From NCBI GenBank assembly GCA_965235115.1, contig OZ249436.1:22074001-22134000 (forward strand): a stretch of DNA of 60,000 nucleotides, given 5' to 3'. The translations under genes were made by a program, and so were the position numbers. The DNA is from Laetmonice hystrix. Its lineage: Eukaryota. The notes under the pieces were generated by a model. That model did not search any database. It worked only from the letters and a program-made list of their open reading frames with translations, and had not been told where the DNA came from. Positions 13,927 to 27,260 of this stretch are shown here, piece after piece (the stretch's first letter is position 1; every line of letters begins with the position of its first letter).

Positions 13927-16352
13927 TGTAGGACAGGGGATGAATTCTCATGTGCTTGCATGTTGTACATGTATTAACCAAATTTACAATGTGTAAAATA
14001 ATTCTTCGACTCCGTCGTTCGATTCCTTCATCCTCATGTCAGTTATATCTCAACAGACTACATATATTTTGAAGGCACATGTATCCGACATACGTTCATC
14101 TATAATATCCAATCTTATTTCCCTTCTCAAATATATTTGTTTTGGGGGATTCTTTCTGACAGTATTCTTTTAAATTATTACTGTCACACCAGACATCATT
14201 ATTCCTGTAAAGTAGGACATGCATGCGGCTCAAGGCACGCGTCTGAAGTTCATAAAATCCTTCTTATCCCTACCCCGCCCTTTTTAAATAATTGTAAATT
14301 ATTCACGAAGTCCTGCTAGCCCGGAACATGAAGAAACTAAAGTTTCATTTCAAGTAAAGTGGGGAAGGCGGTAATCTGTCAGGAGCGATCAGCAGTGATG
14401 AATAAACAGCGTGTAGAATGTACCGACCTATAGGATTCAGACAACTCTACCCACCCTCATCTGTGGATTCTCATCACGTTACGATCACAGGGGTCGGCTA
14501 TGTGTGTCGGGGTCTGAGGTCGTGGAGTCACTAAATTATTATATATAACCCCTCTGTAACACTTTATTCTGTACAGGTCAAAGTACTAGTATTTAAGGTC
14601 AAAGTGTCCTCCTTCAAAATGGTAGATTTCGAAATTATTACCATGGAAAACTGCCGTAATTATTGAAGAGGCCAACATCAGCACTGTGACAAGTAAATGC
14701 ACAGTGTTGACTGGTGTAGCGGACATTGTTAAATAGCTAAGATCAGTTCAGTTATTGCATCTATATTTTACTATTATACATGTATATCTTTTATTTATGT
14801 CGTGGTCCATGAGGCTCTTACTATATTTTACGCCAATTAACGATGATATAATTTATTTCCGATCGTAAACTATGAAAAACACTCCAGTACGTAACAGGTT
14901 ATATGTGAGAGGTACTCATCTGATTTTGGAACACTAAGCATGTCAACAAGTACTTTAAAAACCCTTTCTCCGAGGAGGAGGGTCTAGGGGCGTATTTTAC
15001 CACCTGAAGGGTCAGCCTTCACGTGCGAGCACGGGCCGGACGGGTGAGGAGTGGTTTGTACAGGTCGGCAGCCACCAGTTGATGAGTTGTCACCCTGTAC
15101 CCACCATTGTCCCACGGTCCTGCGACAACAAACACCAACAGCCTCCTCCGACGAGGGACACAAACGACAAAATAACGTTTCACGGTCGTTTGGTTATCGC
15201 AAATCGACAAACAACAGAGAGTGGACGTCGTCAGGTGGGGCCGTGACTGACAGCAGGCCGCCGGCCTCTTGTTGGCACCTCGGGCAAGGTATGGCCTTGT
15301 TAGGTGTAGACCAGCGGGACTCCTCCTCCTCCTCCTCCTCCTTCCCCTCCCCCCTCCTCAACACCGGGGGCAGACGGGGAGGGGGGCACCGTTCACACTT
15401 CTGCCAGGGGCAGTTTAGAAAACCCCCGGGCCACGACTCTCGGTCTCAAAATACTGGTATAGATACGAACAAGACGTCGTTTGACTTGGACGCCCCAAAG
15501 GTTGACCTCCTTATGGTAGGATTTATATACATGTACAACCACCATCGTACACAGGGAATGGATTCAAACAAGTAGATATTATCACAAAACAGACGCGCTA
15601 TAACACATAACATAATAATCAAATATAAAATACATTCGAGTCGGTGCATTACGTAATAAACGACACCTATCCTACATCAGAACGTTCAGAGTAACCATGA
15701 CGAATTTATCTTCCATTGGAAAATAGATTCATCGTGAATCAAACATGCCGCGAGACTAACTATGAAAGAATCATGATTCGTGTCCCACCTTTTTTTAAAA
15801 TATAATATAAAATGGGCCGTGAGAGTTTTATAATGATTCTGACAACTACTCTGACCTTACACAGGGACATATGGGAATAATTTGTACGCTATTATGTGGC
15901 TGGTAGTAGATATTCACATGAGGTCACGACAGATGCAGTCACTTTTTTGATGATGTCCGAACTATATAATTTGTCATTTTGAATGACCGCTGTGTCAAGC
16001 GAGTTGGTGTGCCTTGAATAAACTTACTCCGGACTGACTGGTCATTTGACCCGTGGCAATCACTGTATCCGACAAGGCAACTGTCTACTGTCCACATGGC
16101 TGAGATAACCATCGTACCACCAATTACGGAAGTGATGAGAGTTTTGAGAGAGGTATGAATGATGAGGCAGATGGTGAACCCCCTCCCCCCCCCCTACACA
16201 CATACTGATTAATTATCGCGACCCAGACTCCCCCCTCCCCCTCCAATCTTACGTCTGTAGACATGGCTGAAGGTGGCTCTAAATTGATTGTTGTACATGT
16301 AATAAAAAAAGTATTCCGAAAGGTGATGATGTAACGACAATACATACTCCGC

Positions 16353-18041
16353 TACTACAAAAGGTGACGATGTTTATTAACGTATGGTGACAAATCTAGA
16401 TACTACAAAAGGTGACGATGTTTATTAACGTATGGTGACAAATCTAGATACAACAAAAGGTGACGATGTTTATTAACGTATGGTGACAAATCTAGATACA
16501 ACAAAAGGTGACGATGTTTATTAACGTATGGTGACAAATCTAGATACTACAAAAGGTGACGATGTTTATTAACGTATGGTGACAAATCTAGATACTACAA
16601 AAGGTGACGATGTTTATTAACGTATAGTGACAAATCTAGATACTACAAAAGGTGACAATGTTTATTAACGTATGGTGACAAATCTAGATACTACAAAAGG
16701 TGACCATGTTTATTAACGTATAGTGACAAATCTAGATACTACAAAAGGTGACGATGTTTATTAGCGTATGGTGACAAATCTAGATACTACAAAAGGTGAC
16801 GATGTTTATTAACGTATGGTGACAAATCTAGATACAACAAAAGGTGACGATGTTTATTAGCGTATGGTGACAAATCTAGATACTACAAAAGGTGACGATG
16901 TTTATTAACGTATGGTATCAAATCTAGATACTACAAAAGGTGACGATGTTTATTAACGTATGGTGACAAATCTAGATACTACAAAAGGTGACGATGTTTA
17001 TTAACGTATAGTGACAAATCTAGATACTACAAAAGGTGACAATGTTTATTAAGGTATGGTGACAAATCTAGATACTACAAAAGGTGACCATGTTTATTAA
17101 CGTATGGTGACAAATCTAGATACAACAAAAGGTGACGATGTTTATTAACGTATGGTGACAAATCTAGATACAACAAAAGGTGACGATGTTTATTAACGTA
17201 TGGTGACAAATCTAGATACTACAAAAGGTGACGATGTTTATTAACGTATGGTCACAAATCTAGATACTACAAAAGGTGACGATGTTTATTAACGTATGGT
17301 GACAAATGTAGATATAACAAAAGGTGACGATGTTTATGGTGACGAATTTAGATACGACAAAAGGTGACGATGTTTATTAACGTATGGTGACAAATCTAGA
17401 TACTACAAAAGGTGACGATGTTTATTAACGTATGGTATCAAATCTAGATACTACAAAAGGTGACGATGTTTATTAACGTATGGTGACAAATCTAGATACA
17501 ACAAAAGGTGACGATGTTTATTAACGTATGGTGACAAATCTAGATACTTCAAAAAGTGACGATGTTTATTAACGTATGGTGACAAATCTAGATACTACAA
17601 AAGGTGACGATGTTTATTAACGTATGGTGACAAATCTAGATACTACAAAAGGTGACGATGTTTATTAACGTATGGTGACAAATCTAGATACAACAAAAGG
17701 TGACGATGTTTATTAACGTATGGTGACAAATCTAGATACTACAAAAGGTGACGATGTTTATTAACGTATGGTGACAAATCTAGATACTACAAAAGGTGAC
17801 GATGTTTATTAACGTATGGTGACAAATCTAGATACTACAAAAGGTGACGATATTTATTAACGTATGGTATCAAATCTAGATACTACAAAAGGTGTCGATG
17901 TTTATTAACGTATGGTGACAAATCTAGATACTACAAAAGGTGACGATGTTTATTAACGTATGGTATCAAATCTAGATACTACAAAAGGTGACGATGTTTA
18001 TGAACGTATGGTGAGGAATTTATACTACAAAAGGTGGCGAT
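16353..18041. repeat. 48-bp minisatellite, about 35 copies
   Basis: Unit TACTACAAAAGGTGACGATGTTTATTAACGTATGGTGACAAATCTAGA. Confidence 0.96.
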
Positions 18042-18977
18042 CACATTAAATTACACCGTATAACTATGGTGACGTTGGTCTAAAGCTGTTATAAAGACCG
18101 ATATTCTTGGTGATAAATTGGTTTCAGATGTGGTTTCGTGTCACTCTTATCTGTTCATGTGGTGACGATGTGAGTTTCCATAAAAAAAAAATGTTTATGA
18201 CATTGAGATGGGTGTTTTTGACACCTGAGATCTTATAATAATTTATATTTATATTGCTTACGCCATTTAAGTTACGGAAAAGAATAACATGTTTTTATTA
18301 TCTGATTTTATTATGGAGTCTAGGTCAGTTTGTGAAAAAAAAACCTAGACTGTTGATTGGTAGAAAACATACAAGCAGCACATGTTTAATATGTTAACAT
18401 AATTATGTCTGTCTGCATGTCTGCCCGTTTTTACATCCTTCTGCCAGTAAGTAAAGAGGTTTTTACATGTAGGCCCTATTATCTATATGGAGGAAGCAGC
18501 AAGATGTATATTTATAAGCATTTATAACAGGACATTAGACGTCTATGCTGTAGGGCTTAAGATAGATCCTTGATATCCACTGCTTCCTTTTGACAAGTAT
18601 AAAACTATAGTTCCTTCGCCATTTTGAAAATGAACTCGACACATTTGAGGAATTTAATTTCCAAATCCAGTTTATATATAGCCTAGTTGCTGTACGTTTG
18701 CATGCCTCGGCCTTTCCTTGGGACATGCTAAATCCGATGAATGGACCCGCAGGGACTCCATTTATCGGCGGAGGGCTTTATTTGGCCGAACGACATTTCT
18801 TGCGCCTTCCCAGTGCGTGCCAGATGACACGCGCCGACCCCCCATGGCGATTCTATGGTCATTGGTCACTCGGTGATTCGATTGTCGACGGGGAGGTGAG
18901 GGGACGGAGCTCGTTAAAAGTGACCGCTGACAGTCTGAGGGGAATGGTCACCGAGTAGAGAGGTTATAGGCCCTGAA

Positions 18978-19462
18978 GTTACTGTCCCTCACTCCGGTCG
19001 GAACCGCTTGGCAGATATATGCCTACATTATGTTACTGTCCCTCATTCCAGTCGGAACCGCTTGGCAAATATATGCCTACATTATGTTACTGTCCCTCAC
19101 TCCGGTCGGAACCGCTTGGAAGACATAATGCCTACATTATGTTACTGTCCCTCACTCCGATCGGAACCGCTTGGCAGATATATGCCTACATTATGTTACT
19201 GTCCCTCACTCCGGTCGGAACCGCTTGGCAGATATATGCCTACATTATGTTACTGTCCCTCATTCCGGTCGGAACCGCTTGGCAGACATGCCTACATTAT
19301 GTTACTGTCCCTGACTCCGGTTGGAACCGCTTAGCAGATATATGCCTACATTATGTTACTGTCCCTCACTCCGGTCGGAACCGCTTGGCAGATATATGCC
19401 TACATTATGTTACTGTCCCTCACTCCGGTTGGAACCGCTTGGCAGATATATGCCTACATTAT
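18978..19462. repeat. 54-bp minisatellite, about 9 copies
   Basis: Unit GTTACTGTCCCTCACTCCGGTCGGAACCGCTTGGCAGATATATGCCTACATTAT. Confidence 0.95.
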
Positions 19463-20446
19463 TTTAGATGACTGAGATGTGTGATTGCATATTAAGTATA
19501 TACGAATATACATATAGGCCTATTTGATTATTACTCTATTATAATGTCCTTACACTGGTCATAAGACATTATTTAGTACGCCTATTGCAACCTATCCTCT
19601 ATAGAGGTGATCCGATTTCATATCAGATGCAAAATGGAAAGAAACTACTTCCTATAGAGAATATGTTCCCCATCCAGAATATTTCAAAATATATCACGAC
19701 TATACCCTCAAATGGTTTAGGAGCTATGTGACAGTTACTTATGAGAGAAAGTTGTACGGAATTAGTCATGTAGTCAAGAAAAACACCATGAATGTATATT
19801 ATTGTATATATTATTGTATATCTCGAAAGATCCATCTATAACCGTCTCGACAGCTTACAAAATATTAATTGATATAAGTCATATCACGACATCTGATGTC
19901 CTCAACGCTTATTGTGAGAATGAATAAATCATGAACCTAATTATTAAGACAGAATATTCTAATGAGGGCACGTTGCAATATACTTTTGGCCAGCGCGTGT
20001 ACATGAATGTATAGCTATTAGATACTAACATACGGCCATATTCAATCTATAGAAGGCAGGTGATTATGTGGACATTAGAAGACCCGGCTGGGTGACCGGT
20101 GAGTAGGTTGGATAAGGATCAGATTGCACAAAGCTACAGATGGCTTAAGATGTCTGCTGCCGTCCAGGCCGAGTATAACCGGATTTGTTCCCTTAATTGT
20201 TTGTCGCATTGTTCGGCGTGACTTTGATGTAATCAATTTCTGGTTTATATCTGCGATGAGGTCCCCTCCGATTTCTACATTGATACGCCAAGCCGTGCCC
20301 CCGAGGGATGGCCTTAAAGGTGCGCTCTACCTTTTCTTATAGTCACCACCCTCACCCTTTGAATCTGACCACTACAAAAGTATTAAAGTGATAAAAAGGT
20401 ATCCATGACGCTGGTGTCGCTCGGCCGGTGTTTGCCATTGCGTATA

Positions 20447-21329
20447 GCCAGCCCTCGTGCAGGGACTGACCTAAAGGAGGGGATGGGGTTGGAGGAGATG
20501 CCAGCGCTCGTGCAGGGACTGACCTAAAGGAGGGGATGGGGTTGGAGGAGATGCCAGCGCTCGTGCAGGGACTGACCTAAAGGAGGGGATGGGGTTGGAG
20601 GAGATGCCAGCGCTCGTGCAGGGACTGACCTAAAGGAGGGGATGGGGTTGGAGGAGATGCCAGCGCTCGTGCAGGGACTGACCTAAAGGAGGGGATGGGG
20701 TGGAGGAGATGCCAGCGCTCGTGCAGGGACTGACCTAAAGGAGGGGATGGGGTTGGAGGAGATGCCAGCGCTCGTGCAGGGACTGACCTAAAGGAGGGGA
20801 TGGGGTTGGAGGAGATGCCAGCGCTCGTGCAGGGACTGACCTAAAGGAGGGGATGGGGTTGGAGGAGATGCCAGCGCTCGTGCAGGGACTGACCTAAAGG
20901 AGGGGATGGGGTTGGAGGAGATGCCAGCGCTCGTGCAGGGACTGACCTAAAGGAGGGGATGGGGTGGAGGAGATGCCAGCGCTCGTGCAGGGACTGACCT
21001 AAAGGAGGGGATGGGGTTGGAGGAGATGCCAGCGCTCGTGCAGGGACTGACCTAAAGGAGGGGATGGGGTGGAGGAGATGCCAGCGCCCGTGCAGGGACT
21101 GACCTCAAGGAGGGGGTGGAGGATATGCCAGCGCCCGTGCAGGGACTGACCTAAAGGAGGGGATGGGGTGGAGGAGATGCCAGCGCCCGTGCAGGGACTG
21201 ACCTAAAGGAGGGGGTGGGGTTGGAGGAGATGCCAGCGCCCGTGCAGGGACTGACCTAAAGGTGGGGGTGGAGGAGATGCCAGCGCCCGGGCAGGGACTG
21301 GCCTAAAGGGACGTGGGGGTGGAGGAGAT
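20447..21329. repeat. 53-bp G-rich minisatellite, about 17 copies
   Basis: Unit GCCAGCGCTCGTGCAGGGACTGACCTAAAGGAGGGGATGGGGTTGGAGGAGAT. Confidence 0.95.
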
Positions 21330-24300
21330 ACTTAAGTATCCGCTAGTAGTAGTATAGTAGTAGTTTGTTGACACTCGGGGTCCAAATATTACATACATCA
21401 AACTACATGTGCAATGGTCAAGGTATACACAGGGACCTCTCCACCCTGAGTAAATCAAAAAGATCCTTTCCCCGTGGACGCGGGTATATAAGTGTATAGA
21501 GGGGACTGGTTCGGTGAAGGGATGGTGTTGTTTGGGTTCTGACATTTCCCCTGCATTTATCTGTGTAGATTATTGCAAGTTTAGTGTGTACATAGAACTA
21601 GGACGATAAAAAGTTGTAGTACATGTATACTCGGACTACATACATGTAGGTATATGAGTGCATGAAATCTTTACAAAGCTAGAAATTGTTCCTTTGAAGC
21701 TTACTTTAAGGAACCGTTTAAGGACGTTCCAGTGTAAATTTTCGAGTTATCTCGCGCATGGTTTACCTTTGATATGTTTGGTCGGGAGGACCCCCCCCCC
21801 CCCCCTTGGTGCGAATAAGTCGCGGTAAGGACGAACGAGTACATCGTTCTCAATATGATGTCGATCAGAGCGCGTGTAACGTACCTCTAGTTCACGCCGT
21901 GTCCACCAGATGGCAGTCATGTTTCAATCGTTCGCTGTTAGACACGGGGATACCGTGTGTACTGGGAACGCTGTTAGACACGCTGATACCGTATACGTAC
22001 TAGAAACACCTAATACTTTCACCCCGACCCGTCCTCAAACATCAACTCCATTGTATGGTAACGTTTCCTTCCCCACGGGATCAGCATGCAGTATTTATTA
22101 TAGGCTGTAATAATTAGAATATTATTTTTAATGTAGTTAAGTTAACATTGGGAAAGTATCCCATATACCGGAGACAGGACAAGTTGTGCTCGCACAGTGT
22201 GCTCATGATGTGGTTCACGATAGCGACACACCACCTCGATATCATATTTTTTCCGGAGTTAGACGGGGGGGGGATTCACGGGGGGGCGTGCCCCGGGACG
22301 CCGGGCCGACGGTGGCAGCCTGCCCCCCCCCCCCCCCCGACAGCCTGACAGCCCGGGCTGCCGCTCGGAAAATTGGCCAGGCGGCCTTCGCCATTGTGGG
22401 ATTGCCCCAACAGGTCCGGGCCAGCCGATCTAGCCGATAAGACGCCGATAATGCCGGTAGCCGTCGCCGTCCATGTGCGCCCGGTGTCCCCGTAATAGGT
22501 ATAAATTGTCCGACCCTGCCTCGGTCCTTTGTCACCTTGAATAGCCATCTAACGCTATCACATACGATGATCGAAGGGCAACGACTAAGTCGTCTTTCAA
22601 GTTCCGTCCGTGCCGCTTGCCTGGGTTCTGGCGCTTTCAAAGTAAACCGTATCTCGTTCTTTTCGAGTGGGCGAACTTATTGAAAAACCTTTACCGAAGG
22701 CAAAGGAGATGGGCGTACATATTCTATGAGAGTCGTTTCGTATAGTAAATACACGAGGAGCCGAGGTGAGCAATGTATATGGCGGTCAGGATGAAGTCAA
22801 TGCTCTGAGGCTCCAGTCACTTGAGTAGACAGTCATCAAGTCAACCTAACAAAATGTCTATATATCCAGTACCATTGAACTGAAAGAGACAACATAGCGT
22901 CCAGTAGACCGCTGGATAGAAGTTCTTGTTCGTTTACTTTATGTATTGTAATGCACGGTATTATGTGTGTTTATATACGGTTACATTCATATACAAGTTT
23001 AACCGTGAGATATATTATGTTGTATAACAGTATACTGTATAAAATAAAGCCTACATCCACGTATTATGTATGGTCATATACACGATGAAGCTACATTTGA
23101 GCACGCATGTCCAATGACAGAAACTTACCAGGAATATAGTTTATTATACTCATGTCTAATATATCTTGTGGTCAGACGACAGTTTTAGTGGGTTGTCACA
23201 ATGGCGCGCCTGTCTGACGGTGTGAGCGAGTTGTCACGTTAGGCTCTCGGTAATCATAGACCAGACCCTGCCATGCTCACTCTACCGGTGTCAAAACCAT
23301 ACAGCCTACCTGTGGGAATGGTCACCCCTTACACCGCGATCCCGGGGGTTGGAGGGGGGAGTGACGCCCCCTTCCCCCCGACACCCGCCGGGGTCTACAG
23401 TCGGGACCTGGAGGCGGGAGCACGGATAACGGTTGTCTGTGATTAAAGACTTGCAGAACTTGGTGTCCCTCAGTACGACAACCAACTGACTTTAGTGAGA
23501 GTAGGCGTGGCGGGCACAAGTGCTCGCACAGAGCGGTTGAATGGCCGTGAACGGGGGGCCTACACACTGCCTTACTGTATCCCTCGCCCCCCAACTTGCC
23601 TGTCACCTATTCACCAAAGTTTATTTCATTATTTGCCCTGGCTCCGCTATTCAACGGTACTGTTTGATTTGTTCCACTAAACCACGGCCCAGGACGGAAC
23701 GAAAGACAATCACCCACAATAGCGCTTGTTAACCCGGGCGAAGGAAACCTTTGTCGTTGCGATGTTTGCTCTCGCTATGAGGTCTTTCCTAATGCTCGCG
23801 GTTGAGGTGAACACAAAAACACCGTGGCGAGGCCTGCTTCAAGTGTGGTCGCTCATAGAAAATCGGTAGAAGTGCTCGCAATTCATTACTCACCATCAGC
23901 GTCATGTATCAACCCATTCTATAGGCGTGTGAACTGGTGGCGACATCTTCACGGGACATGCGCACAGAACAAGCGAAAGTAAAAAGAGAAAAAGAAAGTG
24001 AATTTTTTACATCATTCCTCTACGTTCATAATTCTGTCTGCATCCAGGGCAGAACTGCATACCAATGACATTTTACTGTGGTAAAAATTCAACAGCCATG
24101 GGCATAAAAATATACTATAAATCTATGGAACGTTTATGACTTGCACATTCAGTATACGTTTAAAACTGGCCGTCTACCATGAAAGTGAGTTTTCTACCAT
24201 GAAAGTGACTTTTCTAACACTTTCACGCACACTACCCTTGTGTATAGTAGGCCTACATGGACCCGGCCAGACTTTTCTAGCTCACCTCGGCCTATATTGA

Positions 24301-25734
24301 CGCAGCTCTAATTGAAACCAAACTCGTTTTTTTATGAGTGACGACCGCTCGTATCCGGGGCAGATCGATGGCGTGTTTCATGATTGAACCACCGACATTG
24401 TTCTAGAAATGAGGCATGCAAACGGCCGACATAAACAGAGCTTTCCCATCAACGTCTACCAGCCACCGATTTCTAACTGTGAACAATAACGTCCTGCAGC
24501 CAAACATGCATGCACTCGGGACCAACGTCCCTGCTAAGACGTCAATGACGTTCAACCCTTGACTATATAGTACTACATGGAGTTGAGGACTGCAGGCCTA
24601 TATTTACACATGTATATTGGCTGGCGAATAATATCATGAGGCACACTCAAGGGTCCGTCAAATGAGGTTTTATTTTAATATCTCCAATTTCTATTATTCA
24701 AGATATACATGTGCCTTTTTATCAGCGACAGAACCACAGCCATACACTAGACCATGCAAATGCCGGTGACAAGTAGGCCTGCCTATGAGCCTATACAGGC
24801 TTATTCAGCTATGGGGCCTAGTAGTCACAAAAGTCACACTAATAATTGTCCAGCATGTTGTCACTTACATATTTCTGATCATCATACGCTGGCTTATTTC
24901 ATTATTTAATCTGATGACCCGCCAACAGCTAGGTCCAGTACACCATTGTATCAGGCCTCAGGACTTATTTCCTGCTTGTAAAAGAAGCCAGTTGTGGTTG
25001 GTCGCGAGCAGGGACACGCGCCTTCTGACATGTCGAGGCGTGTCACCCTGGACTCTGTATATAATGTGTGTCTTAAACGGCTATTTTTACATCTATTCTT
25101 TTATAGTAGAGAAACTTTGTTGAAATTTTGATGGTAGACCTATATACATGCATTCGTCTAATCCTTTTCACTTCTGTTGGGGTAGCTAGCCTTAGAAATG
25201 ATTAAAACGGTGTATGGGCATCAGGCTTATATATATGCCTAGGCCTATTCAAAGGGTATATCTCATCAAGAATCAAGTTTGCCTTTATTTCTTTTCCTAT
25301 ATGTAGCCTTCCCTATAACGTTACTGAATTTCGTCTTGATTTACAAGAGTTCTATGGTGCAATAGTTAATCAATGACAATCTGGCCGCCCCATCTCCCTC
25401 CAATCTACTGAAAATGTCGAGCAATTATTGATTACTTCTATCTCGACATCTTCAAGTATAGTGAAGGCAATATAGACACGACCACGTGGCGTCAAAGACG
25501 TTGTTTATAAACCACGCTCGGGTTGCATCCCTTTTTGTCAATGTGGCCTGTGTCTCGCTGCAGGCCGTGCAGGCCTCCTCGCTCTGGCCCCAGTCCTGAG
25601 GATGCCACCGAGACGTGGTAACCAGTAGCTATTTCAATCAGCAGGAATGCGGCAACCTAACCCCAGCTGCTTATGCCGAGTAGTTTTGTTTACGCTATAG
25701 TCAAGCAGCCAGAATACGCGAACAGGTCGGCCTC

Positions 25735-25890
25735 GTGTCAGCACCAATGACAGCGCGAGCTGCTGCTGCGCCATTCGGTCTCGCGCTGCTCTTCTCTACC
25801 AGTCACGTGAATATGCTAATCAGAGAGCAGCCAATCAGCGCGCAGCTGCTCAGTAGGTCGGAATTTATAGGCGTATTCCGTGTCAGTTGT
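25735..25890 (+). promoter_or_regulatory. Putative Islet proximal promoter
   Basis: CpG-rich segment 140-290 bp upstream of the ATG with CACGTG (25804), CCAAT box AGCCAATCAG (25829-25838), CAGCTG (25843), TTTATA (25864) and Inr-like TCAGTT (25883). Confidence 0.45.
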
Positions 25891-26027
25891 ATTACACGAG
25901 TCGCGGACAGCCGCGGAGTACGCACGGAACCTACAGTACACGGCTTTCGCATCTTACTTTCCTTTGCTTCTTTTCTGGAGTGGTAATCACAAAAACCGGC
26001 AAAATTTCACCTTCAAAGGCAGACGAT

Positions 26028-26052
26028 ATGACGGCGGAGGCTCAGCCTAAAA
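26028..26052 (+). CDS. Isl: Islet coding exon 1 (MTAEAQPK + 1 nt)
   Basis: ATG at 26028 and strong donor A|GTAAGT at 26053. Phase 1 joins exon 2 to give [16 protein letters not shown], like the short first coding exon (..PPK|KKR) of Isl1. Confidence 0.8.
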
Positions 26053-27226
26053 GTAAGTAAATGCGAGTTCCATGTTTTATCTTGATTCTAACAGCAGTTA
26101 TCATAATTGCTTGCCACATGCTGCAGTTTCATTCATCGTTGAGTTATTTGAACTCGGTGGGAGCGCGTGACCGTGTTTACGGCGCTCAGGCCGACAGTAA
26201 AAGTTGTCATGTTTCTCCCTACAATCACATCACTTAAAGGAACAAGGCGAACCCAACTCGGACTCATTTTCATAGATCATACCTTTAAATACAACTTTAT
26301 AAGTGTAGATCTATACATTATTTCCATGTGAATATGTAACAAACAACCAGGCTCTAAAGGCCTGTGAGACTTCTTGTTCTGGATTTCTCTACCATGTCAT
26401 CACAGCTGAATGTCAGTACTTGACAACATAATAACTCGTATCTCTTTTTTTCTCCCCCTGCTCTCTTGTGCCCCTTCTCCCTTGACATCACCACCTCGCC
26501 CCCCACCGCCACCTTTCAACGGGACGTCACCTCCGTGGACCTACCATCTTCATCTCCGCCTGGACTAGCAGAGAAAAGGCGAGTTTCAATGTGCGTCGGT
26601 TGTGGAGGCCAGATTCAGGATCAGTTTATCCTGCGAGTTGCTCCGGACCTCGAGTGGCACGCCGCCTGCCTCAAGTGCGCAGACTGTAACCAGTATTTGG
26701 ATGAAACGTGCACGTGCTTTGTGCGCGAGGGAAAGACGTACTGCAAACGGGATTATGTCCGGTGCGTGTTTCAATCTTCATTCTTGTTAATGTCTCAATA
26801 CAGTTAGAAACTGTAGCGATTGTAGACTGCAGTTATACAAGGACGTGATCACAGAGTAATAACGTACAGAGGTTGCTGGGTATACTATGGGGTAGAACTA
26901 TGAAGGATTAACTTCTCTTTAAATAATCTGAGCCACCCAAAAAGATCCAGACCCGGTTGTTATTGCTGTCTTGGTCTAACTTATGATGGTGCAGGTTGCC
27001 CAAAGAGTTTAGGTTGCCACAAAAGCGTCCTAACATGAGAAAGTAGCGCTAGAATGTAAAGCAGATATATTATGATGGACAGCGAATACAGTTTGGCAGT
27101 TTTTCCTAGAACGAATGGCACCCAGGACACGTCAATTCACTTTAGGACTGGTGCAGCCGTTAGTACCGCATCTGGTCGTAGGGTGTCGTCACTGCCGCGC
27201 TCGCGTGCCCGCGGTGGGTACCAGGG

Positions 27227-27260
<34 letters not shown>

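Noticed and set aside
16353..21329. Regular repeat arrays as possible CRISPR loci (also 39083-39525 and 52524-52990)
   Set aside because: Head-to-tail units with no unique spacers, no cas genes, and a eukaryotic spliced-gene context.
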